Of a stretch of 64,000 nt of DNA, positions 20,399 through 29,489 are shown piece by piece. How positions within the stretch are numbered: position 1 is the first letter of the stretch; each line of letters starts with the position of its first letter. The notes beneath the pieces were generated by a model that had not been told where the DNA came from, ran no database searches, and saw only the letters and a list, made by a program, of their open reading frames with translations. The DNA comes from Dehalococcoidia bacterium (lineage in GTDB: Bacteria; Chloroflexota; Dehalococcoidia; Plut-88900): assembly GCA_965116945.1 (NCBI GenBank), contig OZ220734.1, positions 1,906,709-1,970,708 on the forward strand, given 5' to 3'. Made by a program: the position numbers and the translations under genes.

Positions 20399-21475
20399 AT
20401 GGACTACAAGCTGATTTCGGCGGACTCCCACGTGAACGAACCGTTGAGCATGTGGCAGGAAAGAATGCCTGCGGAATTCCGGCACAAAGCGCCCCACAGG
20501 AAGGTTGTTGACGGCAAACTCCTCGAGATTCGGGACGGCATGCGCCCGAGGCGGGTGGAGTTGGGCACCGAGGAAATGGGCAAGGACGACATGCTCCGGG
20601 AGGATGCGGTTGAGGATGGTTGGGACGTGAAGGTCAGGATCGAGGCCCAGGACACGGACGGGGTGGCCGGAGAAGTGATTTACCCCAACTACGGCCTGGA
20701 ACTCACAGCCTCCCCCGACCCTGGATTCCAGCTCGCCGCGGCCCGCACTTACAACGATTGGGCCGCAGAGCTCTTTGGAGCGTACAGGGACAGGTTCGCT
20801 CTGGCAGCGTTGATTCCCGTGCTGGATATCCAAGGGGCGGTTGACGAGGTGTATCGGACTGCAAAAATGGGCCTCGGCTCAATGTTTCTGCCCAGCAAGC
20901 CCACCGTCCCCTACAACCGACCCGAGTACGATCCCCTCTGGGCCGCGATAGAAGAAGTAGGCGTGCCGGCGAACTTCCACATCAGCAGTGGCCGGGACCC
21001 GCGTATCGAAAGAGGGGCGGGTGGAGCAATTATCAACTACGTTATGGGTGCGCTGGTGGACGGGATTGACGTGGTTACCTATTTGTGCTCCTCCGGCGTG
21101 CTGATGAAGCACCCGAACATGAAATTCGTGATCGTGGAGTCGGGAATCGGGTGGATAGCCTGGAACATGCTCGCCATGGATGAAGGCGCCGACAAGCACC
21201 ACATGTATGTCCGACCCAAGCTGGACATGAAGCCCAGCGATTACTTCCGACGCCAGGGATACGCCACCTTTGGAGAGGACGCGGTGGGCCTGTCCAACAT
21301 CTCCTTCACGGGCGCCGGGTGCTTGCTGTGGGGCAACGATTACCCCCATCACGAAGGCACGTGGCCCCACTCCCGGGCGGCGATAGCGCGGCAGTTTGTC
21401 GGGGTGGAGGAGGAGCACAAGGAAATGATCGTCAGCTCCAATGCGGGGTCGCTGTACGGGTTCAGCACGAACTAA
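20399..21475 (+). CDS. amidohydrolase-2 family metal-dependent hydrolase (ACMSD-like TIM barrel)
   Basis: MDYKLISADSHVNEP... His-x-His metal site. AAAGGAG lies 9 nt upstream of this ATG; the track ORF starts 48 nt earlier. Confidence 0.8.
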   Translation: MDYKLISADSHVNEPLSMWQERMPAEFRHKAPHRKVVDGKLLEIRDGMRPRRVELGTEEMGKDDMLREDAVEDGWDVKVRIEAQDTDGVAGEVIYPNYGLELTASPDPGFQLAAARTYNDWAAELFGAYRDRFALAALIPVLDIQGAVDEVYRTAKMGLGSMFLPSKPTVPYNRPEYDPLWAAIEEVGVPANFHISSGRDPRIERGAGGAIINYVMGALVDGIDVVTYLCSSGVLMKHPNMKFVIVESGIGWIAWNMLAMDEGADKHHMYVRPKLDMKPSDYFRRQGYATFGEDAVGLSNISFTGAGCLLWGNDYPHHEGTWPHSRAAIARQFVGVEEEHKEMIVSSNAGSLYGFSTN

Positions 21476-21528
21476 TTCGCGGCTGAGCCAACGACCGGCT
21501 CATATACCTCAACATAAAGGAACAGAAT

Positions 21529-22506
21529 ATGGCACAAAACGACATGTACCGAGGGCCGAGGGTCTGGCCGTTCAGCGGGATCCCGTCCTTCTTGAGGTCG
21601 AAGATCGTTACCGATCTAGATGAGTTGGAAGCCGACATTGCGGTGATGGGCGCCCCTACCGACGAGGGCTCTCCCTTCATGGGTGGAGCGCGTTTCGCGC
21701 CGCAGAGCATCCGGCAGCACTCCTTGAGGTTCGGGGAGGAGGGGTACTACAACTACTCGGAGGACAAGGAGTACCTGGAATACGAGATGAAGAACGGGCG
21801 CATCGCGGATGTCGGGGATGCGCCGATAATTCCGACCAACGCTGAAGACTCTTTCTACAACATCACCGCCATGACCAAGAAAGTGTTGGAAAAGGGAGCA
21901 ATGCCCGTAGTCCTGGGCGGAGACCATGCAGTCAGCTTCCCCGTTGTACGCGCCTTCGAAGAAGAGCCGCTATATGTGTTCCACTTCGATGCGCACATCG
22001 ACTACACACCGTTTATGCACGGTTTTGAATACACGAACGGGCATGCCTTCAGGCACATAAACGCCATGGCAAACGTCGATACCATCTTCCAGGTCGGGAT
22101 TCGAAGCCTGCGCAACAAAAAGGACTACATTGAAGATTCTTTCAAAGACGGGAACAGAATCGTCAGCATGGAAGAGTTCCGGGACGTCGGGCAAAAGGAC
22201 CTGGTGGAAGAACTGCCCTCGAATGCCAAGGTCTACGTCTCAATAGATATCGACGTATTGGACATGAGCCTGGTTCCGGGTTGCGTGTCGGCGGAGCCCA
22301 ACGGCATGCATTACCAGGAGCTGGAAAAGACACTGAAGGTAATCGCCGAACATACGGATGTCGTTGGCTTTGACCTCTGCGAGGTCAATCCACAGCTGGA
22401 CGTCGGGACAGGGGTGACATCGTACCTGGCGGCCCACACCGTCATGGAATTCCTGGGAGACATCTGCGACCAGCCCAGGTGGAGAGAGAGTAGGCACAAC
22501 CGCTAG
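21529..22506 (+). CDS. arginase/agmatinase-family ureohydrolase (second paralog)
   Basis: VVLGGDHAVSFPVV, FHFDAHIDY and SIDIDVLD Mn-binding motifs. Confidence 0.85.
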   Translation: MAQNDMYRGPRVWPFSGIPSFLRSKIVTDLDELEADIAVMGAPTDEGSPFMGGARFAPQSIRQHSLRFGEEGYYNYSEDKEYLEYEMKNGRIADVGDAPIIPTNAEDSFYNITAMTKKVLEKGAMPVVLGGDHAVSFPVVRAFEEEPLYVFHFDAHIDYTPFMHGFEYTNGHAFRHINAMANVDTIFQVGIRSLRNKKDYIEDSFKDGNRIVSMEEFRDVGQKDLVEELPSNAKVYVSIDIDVLDMSLVPGCVSAEPNGMHYQELEKTLKVIAEHTDVVGFDLCEVNPQLDVGTGVTSYLAAHTVMEFLGDICDQPRWRESRHNR

Positions 22507-22528
22507 GGCTTGAAAGAGATAGATGTAT

Positions 22529-22563
22529 AAACAGGGACGGCCCTCGGGCCGTCCCTGTTTACT
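22529..22563. terminator. bidirectional rho-independent terminator between convergent genes
   Basis: AAACAGGGACGGCCC-TCG-GGCCGTCCCTGTTT with an A-tract and a T-tract on either side. Confidence 0.7.
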
Positions 22564-22577
22564 TTAGAGGGCAGACT

Positions 22578-23732
22578 CTACTTTATGACCAGGTCCCGAG
22601 GGAAGTCCGATAGGACCTCGGGGCCCGACTCTGTCACCAGAACCGTGTCCGAGTAGATCACGCCGATTTCGCCGTCAATCTTAACGTCAGGGACCAGGTG
22701 GAACACAAGGCCGGGCTCCAGGGGTGTCTCGTCGTTCTCAATGAGGCTCATGATGCGGCCCTCGCCCCAGTCGGGTGGGAAGCCGATGCCTATCAGGTAA
22801 CCGCATCGGTGCTGGAAGTGCGCGCTGAGACCCAGGCTCTCCATGTAGCCCCGGGCAGCCCTGTCTACGGAAGCAGATGACGCCCCAGGCTTCATAGCCT
22901 CGATGGCCCGTTCCAGGGCGCCGCGGGAGGCGTCGGCGAGGCGCTTGGCCTGGTCCGATGGCTCCCCTACTACAACGCCCCTCGACAGGCAGGCGTTGTA
23001 ACGCATGTAGCTGCCGCCCATCTCCAGGTACAGGAGGTCACCGCGCTTGATGGGGGTGCGTTCCCACGTGGTGAACCCGAGACCTCCTCGGGCGCCGGTG
23101 GCCACCAGCATTGCGTGACCCAGGTATTCGCTGCCTGCTTTGATCGATTCGTAATAGGCTGCTGCTGCGGCGTCGTTCTCGGTGGCGCCCTCTTGAATGG
23201 CGTCGATACAGCCCTGCATGGCGGCCTTGCAAGTTTGGGCTGCCTCCCGGATGTAGGCAATTTCCTGGGGGGACTTTACCCGACGCACCTTCTCGACCAG
23301 CCCTGCGGTCTCCACGAAGTTGGTAGAGCCTGCGCTGTCTACGAGCGCCTTGTGGTGGCCTATGTTGTAGAACCAGGCCTGCTCGTCATACCCGACGCTC
23401 TTGCCAATCAGCCCCGCCGAGTCCAGGGCCTTCCTGGTTGTCTCGATGGGGTTCTGAATGTCGGTCCAGCCCTGTACGTCGTCCACCCAGGAGCTGTGCC
23501 TGACCATGCTGGAGACCAGGTCCCTTACAACAATGGTTGCACCTTTGGAAGTAAGGATCAGGGCCGTATAGGTGAAATATCCGATGCTGTGGTAGCCGGT
23601 GAGGTAGAAGATGTTCTCGGGAGAATGGATCATCAGTCCGTCGACGCCCTTCTCCTCCATGGCTGCAAGGACACTTTCGACGCGTGACTGATACTCTTTG
23701 GCCTCAAAGGGAAGGTTTGGGTTGTGTTGCAA
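22578..23732 (-). CDS. creatinase / Xaa-Pro aminopeptidase family protein (M24 pita-bread fold with creatinase-type N-domain)
   Basis: N-terminal creatinase_N-like region (GVDGLMIHSPENIFYLTGYHSIGYF) and an M24-fold C-terminal half. Confidence 0.8.
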   Translation of the reverse strand: MQHNPNLPFEAKEYQSRVESVLAAMEEKGVDGLMIHSPENIFYLTGYHSIGYFTYTALILTSKGATIVVRDLVSSMVRHSSWVDDVQGWTDIQNPIETTRKALDSAGLIGKSVGYDEQAWFYNIGHHKALVDSAGSTNFVETAGLVEKVRRVKSPQEIAYIREAAQTCKAAMQGCIDAIQEGATENDAAAAAYYESIKAGSEYLGHAMLVATGARGGLGFTTWERTPIKRGDLLYLEMGGSYMRYNACLSRGVVVGEPSDQAKRLADASRGALERAIEAMKPGASSASVDRAARGYMESLGLSAHFQHRCGYLIGIGFPPDWGEGRIMSLIENDETPLEPGLVFHLVPDVKIDGEIGVIYSDTVLVTESGPEVLSDFPRDLVIK

Positions 23733-23911
23733 GATGGCACCTCTTGGGACTGGGTTGCGAGGGAGTATACCACCGAGCCTGAATAGCCTGATGAATCCCA
23801 GGCTCGGCGGCAGGCGGTCGAGCTACGCTCAATTTGACAAGAGAGCGGTGTGTCTTTAGAATCGCCTATCTATATGGTGGGAAAGAGGTTGCCCAAGCTA
23901 GCTTCAGGGCA

Positions 23912-23940
23912 AGACTTCTCCAAGAGTTTGATCTGCACCA
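23912..23940 (+). promoter_or_regulatory. candidate sigma70 promoter upstream of the first PotD-like binding-protein gene
   Basis: TTGACA, a 16-17-nt spacer, then TAGAAT. It is followed by a ~60-nt 5' UTR containing the hairpin TTGCCC-aagctagcttca-GGGCAA. Confidence 0.4.
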
Positions 23941-23996
23941 GTCCGGACGTAAATCACCATGCCAGCTGATGATTGGACACTGAGATAGGAGGGGCT

Positions 23997-25316
23997 ATGA
24001 AACGTACATTCCCAGTTCTCAGACGCAAAATAAAGAAGAGTTGGGCCCTGCTTGCCGTAGCAGGGTTGATGGCCCTTTTGCTGGTCTTGGCGGCTTGTGG
24101 AGAGTCTGCAACCGCTACCCCGGAACCCGCCGATGAGCCGGACGAACCCGAAACCACGATGGATGATGACGCCGCCATGGACGATGAAGATGCTATGGTG
24201 AGCCACATCAGGCCCAAGTCTGAGTGGACAGCAGAGAATCCGGCTACCCTGGAAGAGATTGAAGCTGAGCTGACAAAGTACCGCGGCAAAAGCTTCACTC
24301 AGGCCAGCTGGGGCGGTGCTTGGCAGGCCGCTATCCGTCAGGGACACATGATCCCCTTCGCCGAAAAGTTCGGAATACAGGTTGTCGAAGACAGCCCAGT
24401 CGAGCTAGCCAAGATCAAGGCCATGGTTGAAACGGGCAACGTGACCTGGGACGTCGTGGACTTCGGCACCAGGTGGGTCTACACCCTCGGCGAGCCCGGT
24501 TTCCTTGCAGAACTCGACCCCGCGATCCACAACGGTTACCTTTCCGGAAACCCCGAAATCACGCAGACTCCCTGGAGTGGGGGCGCGGGTGTTCTCTGGT
24601 CCACCGGAATGGCATACACGTTGGATGAATATCCCGACCACGAGGGCGCTCCCAAAGACTGGGCGGACTTCTGGGATGTTGATGGCATCGACGGCCACAG
24701 GTCCTTGGGCAACAGGCCCAACGAGAACGTGATCTTTGCCCAGATGGCCCTCAACCCCAACGTATTCGACACAGTCGAAGGCAGGAACAGCATAGCCAGC
24801 CTGGACGATGCCCAGGTAGACCAGTCCTTCGCTAAGCTCGAGGAAATCAAGGACCACCTCGTCAACTGGTGGCACACCGGCACCGACTGCCCCCAGGGAC
24901 TGTTGTCGGGAGACTACACCATCTGCTCAGCCTGGAATGGCCGGATTTGGAACGCGCAGCAGGAAGATGATAGTTCTCCGCTGTACTACTGTTACGAGTG
25001 CGGGCACATCAACCAGACGGGCGTCTACTCGATCCCCGAGGGTTCTCCCAACCAGGAACTGGCCGAGCTTTACATGGCTTGGATGGGATACCCGGAGAAC
25101 GCGGTCCAGGTGTCCAGCTACATCACCTACGGACCCCTCCACGCCGAGGCTGTAAAACTGGCCGCCGATGTGATCGACCCGGCAATCCTCAACGACCTTC
25201 CCACTTCGCCCATTGCCCTGGAAAAGGTTATCATCATGGATGAGTACTGGCTGGGCACCAACCTGGATGCCGGTCAAATGCTGATCGAAAGATTCCAGGC
25301 CCTTCAGCAGCAGTAA
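23997..25316 (+). CDS. ABC-type solute-binding lipoprotein, PotD/PotF (polyamine/agmatine) family
   Basis: Lipobox LAACGES followed by an acidic low-complexity linker (ATATPEPADEPDEPETTMDDDAAMDDEDAM). The PotD-like core has SWGGAWQ, WDVVD, DWADFWD and SAWNGRIWN. The start is set at the ATG preceded by TAGGAGGGG. Confidence 0.8.
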   Translation: MKRTFPVLRRKIKKSWALLAVAGLMALLLVLAACGESATATPEPADEPDEPETTMDDDAAMDDEDAMVSHIRPKSEWTAENPATLEEIEAELTKYRGKSFTQASWGGAWQAAIRQGHMIPFAEKFGIQVVEDSPVELAKIKAMVETGNVTWDVVDFGTRWVYTLGEPGFLAELDPAIHNGYLSGNPEITQTPWSGGAGVLWSTGMAYTLDEYPDHEGAPKDWADFWDVDGIDGHRSLGNRPNENVIFAQMALNPNVFDTVEGRNSIASLDDAQVDQSFAKLEEIKDHLVNWWHTGTDCPQGLLSGDYTICSAWNGRIWNAQQEDDSSPLYYCYECGHINQTGVYSIPEGSPNQELAELYMAWMGYPENAVQVSSYITYGPLHAEAVKLAADVIDPAILNDLPTSPIALEKVIIMDEYWLGTNLDAGQMLIERFQALQQQ

Positions 25317-25356
25317 TCGACACGCAGACCAAAGGAAAGACAGAAAGCTGGATAAC

Positions 25357-25384
25357 GGCGGAGGAGGCATTTGCCTCCTCCGCC
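25357..25384 (+). terminator. hairpin between the tandem binding-protein genes
   Basis: GGCGGAGGAGGC-attt-GCCTCCTCCGCC is a perfect 12-bp stem; no clear U-tract follows. Confidence 0.4.
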
Positions 25385-25580
25385 CCAGTCCGTTAAGAAC
25401 AGCAAGCAGAATCACGCATATTGCAAGGTCAGAAAGCTATAGTACGCAGTATTTTCAGAGCATGAGGACAAACATACCTACCCTTGAGGAGAACGCCTAT
25501 GTAATTAACGTCCCCCCGGCACACGAGCGACGAACGCACCTATAGTTCGAGACTCGTAAAGACTCTAGATAGGAGAGCTT

Positions 25581-26969
25581 ATGCAATTTGGAAAGAAAAG
25601 AATCAAGATGAGCCGGCGACAGGGCATCCTGGGCGCGCTCGGTCTGGTCTTGGTGCTTATGCTCGTTGTAGCAGCTTGTGGCGAATCTGCCACGGCAACA
25701 CCCGAGCCTGAGCCCACTGCCATGATGGAAGAGCCCACCCCCGAACCGGCAATGGAGGAGCCTACCGCGACGGCAGTGCCCGGCGAGGTAGTTGAGGCCA
25801 CCAAGGCTCCCGAGCCCGATGATGACGATGCAATGGAGCCTTCAGGCCCCCGCCCCATCTCCGAGTGGACAGCGGATGAACCCGCTACCTTTGAAGAGAT
25901 CGAAGCCGCCCTTGAAGGCTTCAGAGGCTCCAGCCTTAACGTAGTATCCTGGGGTGGCGCCTACCAGGCAGCCCAGCGCCAGGCCTACTTCCTTCCCTTC
26001 CAGGAGCGCTTCGGAATCCAGCTGGTTGAAGACAGCCCCGTGGAGTACGCCAAGATTCGTTCCATGGTCGAGACCGGGAACGTGACCTGGGACGTAGTTG
26101 ACTCCGGTACCAGGGCCGTTTACCAGCTTGGCCCGACGGGCGACCTCGAAGAGCTCACCCCTGGCATCCACAACCGCTACCTCCCCTTCTTCCCCCAGGT
26201 AGCAGTTACTCCCTGGAGCGGTGGTGGCGGAGTCCTCTGGTCCACTGGTCTTGCTTACCAGAAGAACAAGGTTGACGAGCTCTGGGGCGGCAACGCTCCC
26301 GAGGACTGGACCGCCTTCTGGGACGTCGAGAAATTCCCCGGCACCAGGTGGATGGGACGCAGGGTGAACGAGAATATCTTCTTCGCCCACTTCAACCGCA
26401 CGCCTGAGATCCTGGACACCGTCGAGGGTCGGACCGCGATAGCGAAGCTTACCGACGAGCAGGTCGACCAGTCCTTCGAACAGCTCGAGGCCATTAAGCC
26501 TCACATCCAGTTCTGGTGGACCGGTGGTACGGACTGCCCGCAGGCCTTGATAACCGACCAGGCTGACATGTGCACGGCTTGGAACGGTCGAATTTGGAAC
26601 GCCCAGCAGGAAGATGGCGGCGACAACCTCCACTACTGCTTCGAGTGTGGACACCTGAACCAGACCGACGTGTTCTACATCCCGAAGGGCTCTCCCAACA
26701 AGGAACTGGCAGAACTGTTCATTTCCTGGACAGCCGAGCCACACATCAACGTAGAGATGATCAAGTACATCACCTACGGCCCCCTGAACCTTCAGGCCCT
26801 GCCGCTGGTTAACACTGACGTAGTCGACCAGCTGACCATTGACAACCTCCCCACCTCCCCGACCGCCCTTGAGAAGGCAGTCGTAGTGGACGAGGTCTGG
26901 TTGGGCACGAACCTCGACGCCTTGGCTGAGAGGATGGAGGCATTCCTCGCAGACGTGGCCGACAGTTAA
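25581..26969 (+). CDS. ABC-type solute-binding lipoprotein, PotD/PotF family (tandem paralog)
   Basis: Same architecture as the upstream paralog: lipobox VAACGESATATPEP plus a longer Pro/Glu/Thr/Ala-rich linker. RBS AGGAGAGCTTATG. Confidence 0.8.
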   Translation: MQFGKKRIKMSRRQGILGALGLVLVLMLVVAACGESATATPEPEPTAMMEEPTPEPAMEEPTATAVPGEVVEATKAPEPDDDDAMEPSGPRPISEWTADEPATFEEIEAALEGFRGSSLNVVSWGGAYQAAQRQAYFLPFQERFGIQLVEDSPVEYAKIRSMVETGNVTWDVVDSGTRAVYQLGPTGDLEELTPGIHNRYLPFFPQVAVTPWSGGGGVLWSTGLAYQKNKVDELWGGNAPEDWTAFWDVEKFPGTRWMGRRVNENIFFAHFNRTPEILDTVEGRTAIAKLTDEQVDQSFEQLEAIKPHIQFWWTGGTDCPQALITDQADMCTAWNGRIWNAQQEDGGDNLHYCFECGHLNQTDVFYIPKGSPNKELAELFISWTAEPHINVEMIKYITYGPLNLQALPLVNTDVVDQLTIDNLPTSPTALEKAVVVDEVWLGTNLDALAERMEAFLADVADS

Positions 26970-27021
26970 ACGTTGAGCACGAAGTGAGCCTCGCACGGTC
27001 ATTGACCGAACGAGGGAAAAG

Positions 27022-27060
27022 AGAGGGGAGCGGCCTGGCCGCTCCCCTCTCTGCTTTATA
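27022..27060. terminator. bidirectional rho-independent terminator
   Basis: AGAGGGGAGCGGCC-tg-GCCGCTCCCCTCT followed by CTGCTTTATATT, between convergent genes. Confidence 0.65.
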
Positions 27061-27081
27061 TTGAATTGTGGCTACGTTTGT

Positions 27082-27405
27082 CTACTTGATGGCGGAGTAG
27101 TCAGTCGGGACAAGGACTGAACTCTCCAGTCCGGACACCAGCTCCCCGTCCACCTCACTGTCGGCCCGCACCTTCTTCCATTCCTCATCCGCGCCAAATG
27201 ACGCCCAGCACTTCTTCATGTGTTCGCCGTCCTCAAACCCGAGCATGTAGACCAGGACTTCCTGCTCCTTGCCTTCAGGAGTCCAGAACCCGACAACGGT
27301 CATTCCATGCCTTTCAAAGATGTCACATGTATGGTCCCGGAACCTCTTGTTAAGGGCATCCATCTTTCCCGGGGCTGCGTAGTACGTCCTCAGTTCGTAG
27401 ATCAT
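27082..27405 (-). CDS. NIPSNAP family protein
   Basis: MIYELRTYYAAPGKMDALNKRFRDHTCDIFERHGMTVVGFW is typical of NIPSNAP (dimeric alpha/beta barrel). Confidence 0.8.
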   Translation of the reverse strand: MIYELRTYYAAPGKMDALNKRFRDHTCDIFERHGMTVVGFWTPEGKEQEVLVYMLGFEDGEHMKKCWASFGADEEWKKVRADSEVDGELVSGLESSVLVPTDYSAIK

Positions 27406-27471
27406 CGGGTCCTCCTTGGTGTGTGGCTGGAACTTTGAATAACCTGGACTCGGCCTTCGTGGAAGGGGAAT

Positions 27472-27547
27472 TGGCGTCCCTGGAGGGATTCGAACCCACG
27501 ACCCACTGCTTAGAAGGCAGTCGCTCTATCCACTGAGCTACAGGGAC
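27472..27547 (-). tRNA. tRNA-Arg (anticodon TCT), CCA encoded
   Basis: Reverse complement GTCCCTGTAGCTCAGTGGATAGAGCGACTGCCTTCTAAGCAGTGGGTCGTGGGTTCGAATCCCTCCAGGGACGCCA folds as a cloverleaf with anticodon loop CTTCTAA. Confidence 0.9.
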
Positions 27548-27592
27548 GTAATCTGCCCAGGACCAGCTTAGCTTCCGGTCCTTGGGCATCAC

Positions 27593-28159
27593 CTATTCTA
27601 ACGTAAAGGCGGTATCTATCCTGTGGGAAGGCCAGGGCCCCACCCCCGACTTCGACACTCCCGTTATAACCATTTCCCCCAGGTCTGCATAGGTTGTTAT
27701 GCGTCGTTGGACTATCTTGCCCAGCGGCTGAGCAGCCACTACAGCGATAATTGTCGACAGGATGACCCTGGGAAGGTTCAGGAACCTGTTTCCGGACCCC
27801 ATAACAAGTATGGCGGCCAGGCCGGCAAGTATGCCCGCCACTGCGATGTTTGTGCCGCAGAAGGGTGAAACTGCCAATTCACGTTCTCCGTTCTTCAACC
27901 TTCGGAGGGCCTCGTGGGCAGCCTCTTCTACTAGGGGGGTGGGGAGGTTGCCGTAGACGTGGAATCCGCCGGGTGTCGCCCGACCGGCGATCCGTGTGTG
28001 AATGTTGCTGTTCCGGAGCAATATGGCGATTGTCGCGTGCTCCAGAGCGTGGTTCTGCCGGGTGGCCTGTATGGGGTTTGGTGCTTGTTTATCAGACATG
28101 GACTTCAGGACGGTTAAAACGTGCCGCTTGAAGGCTATTGTGCCATGTCCTGCTCCCAA
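27593..28159 (-). CDS. conserved hypothetical protein (NHALEHATIA motif)
   Basis: 188-aa ORF of uncertain start (TTG at 28159, or ATG MSDKQ at 28099). No confident family assignment from sequence alone. Confidence 0.45.
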   Translation of the reverse strand: MGAGHGTIAFKRHVLTVLKSMSDKQAPNPIQATRQNHALEHATIAILLRNSNIHTRIAGRATPGGFHVYGNLPTPLVEEAAHEALRRLKNGERELAVSPFCGTNIAVAGILAGLAAILVMGSGNRFLNLPRVILSTIIAVVAAQPLGKIVQRRITTYADLGEMVITGVSKSGVGPWPSHRIDTAFTLE

Positions 28160-28308
28160 TGAACAAGATTAACTCAGGGAACTTTTGCATAGTTCTGAAT
28201 GTGTCTATACGTCGTACTATATTTGATCTAGACCAATTGTGAGTAGATATTGACCGGGTTCTAAAGTGATGCTAGAGTGAGGTCAACCTCAGGAGGTGGG
28301 AGGTTATT

Positions 28309-28536
28309 TTGGCTATTAGAAAGAGCAAATTGATGCGGCGCGTCGAGGATCGCTACAACCGGCCGCTGGAGGAACTGCTGCCGGAAATGTACAACCGCAT
28401 GGGATTGCCCGCGATGGCGGAGGACATGGAAGTCAACAAGGGCACCCTTTGGTACTGGCTCCTCAAGTTCGGCGTAAACGTCCGCCGCGTGGCCCTGGCC
28501 CCGGGCGAAGTGCTGGAAGTGCGCAAAGTAGGCTAG
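28309..28536 (+). CDS. small putative helix-turn-helix protein
   Basis: 75 aa, preceded by GGAGGTGGGAGG and an atypically AT-rich upstream region containing TTGACC-17-TAGAGT. Confidence 0.4.
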   Translation: MAIRKSKLMRRVEDRYNRPLEELLPEMYNRMGLPAMAEDMEVNKGTLWYWLLKFGVNVRRVALAPGEVLEVRKVG

Positions 28537-28580
28537 GTCCTACCCTTCGTCCCTGAATCAGGCGACCGAAATCCCGCAGG

Positions 28581-29459
28581 TTAATCGCGGGGCTGGTTAA
28601 TTATGGCCGCAAGGTAGCCTGCTCCGAAGCCGTTGTCTATGTTCACTACGGCTATTCCCTGCGAGCAGCTATTGAGCATTGTCATAAGAGCACCCAGGCC
28701 GCCTAAGCCTACACCGTAGCCGATGCTTGTTGGCACGGCGATGACGGGAGCTTGGACCAACCCTCCGACGACGCTGGGAAGCGCTCCCTCCATCCCTGCA
28801 ACCACGACTATGACTTTGGCCTTCTGAAGGGCCTCTACGTGGGGCAGCAGGCGGTGAATTCCCGCCACGCCAACGTCGTATAGAGTCAGAGGTTCGTGGC
28901 CCATGATTCGGCAGGTCACTGCGGCCTCTTCGGCGACAGATAGGTCGGCCGTGCCTGCGGCCAATATAGCCACGCCGTCCTTCATAACAAGTCCCTCCCG
29001 ACGGTCCAGCCAGATGATTCGGGCGGCGTCGTTGAAGACTGCGTCGGGGACACATGCCTTTACGGCTTCAAATGCCGCGGGCGTGGTGCGCGTAACCATG
29101 AACCGTCCCGCCTGCTCAGCAAGTTCCCTGGCAATGACGGTAATCTGCTCGACGGTCTTACCCTCTCCAAACACCACTTCCGGCACGCCCTTCCTGAGGG
29201 TGCGATGGTGATCAATCTTGGCAAATCCCAAATCCTGAAAAGGAAGCAGGCGGAGTCCGTCATAGGCTTCGTCAACGCTGAGTGACCCGCCCTTAACCTG
29301 CTCCAGGATGGCCCGTATTTTCTCCGGTTCGATGTGCGAACTCCTGCTGAGGAAGGGTCGGGAAATTATATCACCGGTGCGTGGACGGCTTTGGATAGTT
29401 ACACTCTCGGGCAGGTAGAACGGAAACGGGGAGGCAGACACTTGGCGGGCAACGGGCAA
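28581..29459 (-). CDS. larB: nickel-pincer cofactor biosynthesis protein LarB (PurE-like)
   Basis: EKIRAILEQVKGGSLSVDEAYDGLR ... KVIVVVAGMEGALPSVVGGLVQAPVIAVPTSIGYGVGLGGLGALMTMLNSCSQGIAVVNIDNGFGA. The N-terminal ~35 aa are atypical, so the true start may lie downstream. Confidence 0.7.
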   Translation of the reverse strand: MPVARQVSASPFPFYLPESVTIQSRPRTGDIISRPFLSRSSHIEPEKIRAILEQVKGGSLSVDEAYDGLRLLPFQDLGFAKIDHHRTLRKGVPEVVFGEGKTVEQITVIARELAEQAGRFMVTRTTPAAFEAVKACVPDAVFNDAARIIWLDRREGLVMKDGVAILAAGTADLSVAEEAAVTCRIMGHEPLTLYDVGVAGIHRLLPHVEALQKAKVIVVVAGMEGALPSVVGGLVQAPVIAVPTSIGYGVGLGGLGALMTMLNSCSQGIAVVNIDNGFGAGYLAAIINQPRD

Positions 29460-29489
29460 TCGATTTCGCTAGATGCGGCCCATCAGAAG

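Noticed and set aside
25842-27002. 386-aa minus-strand ORF
   Set aside because: Antisense to the second PotD-like binding-protein gene; Gly/Val-rich artefact.
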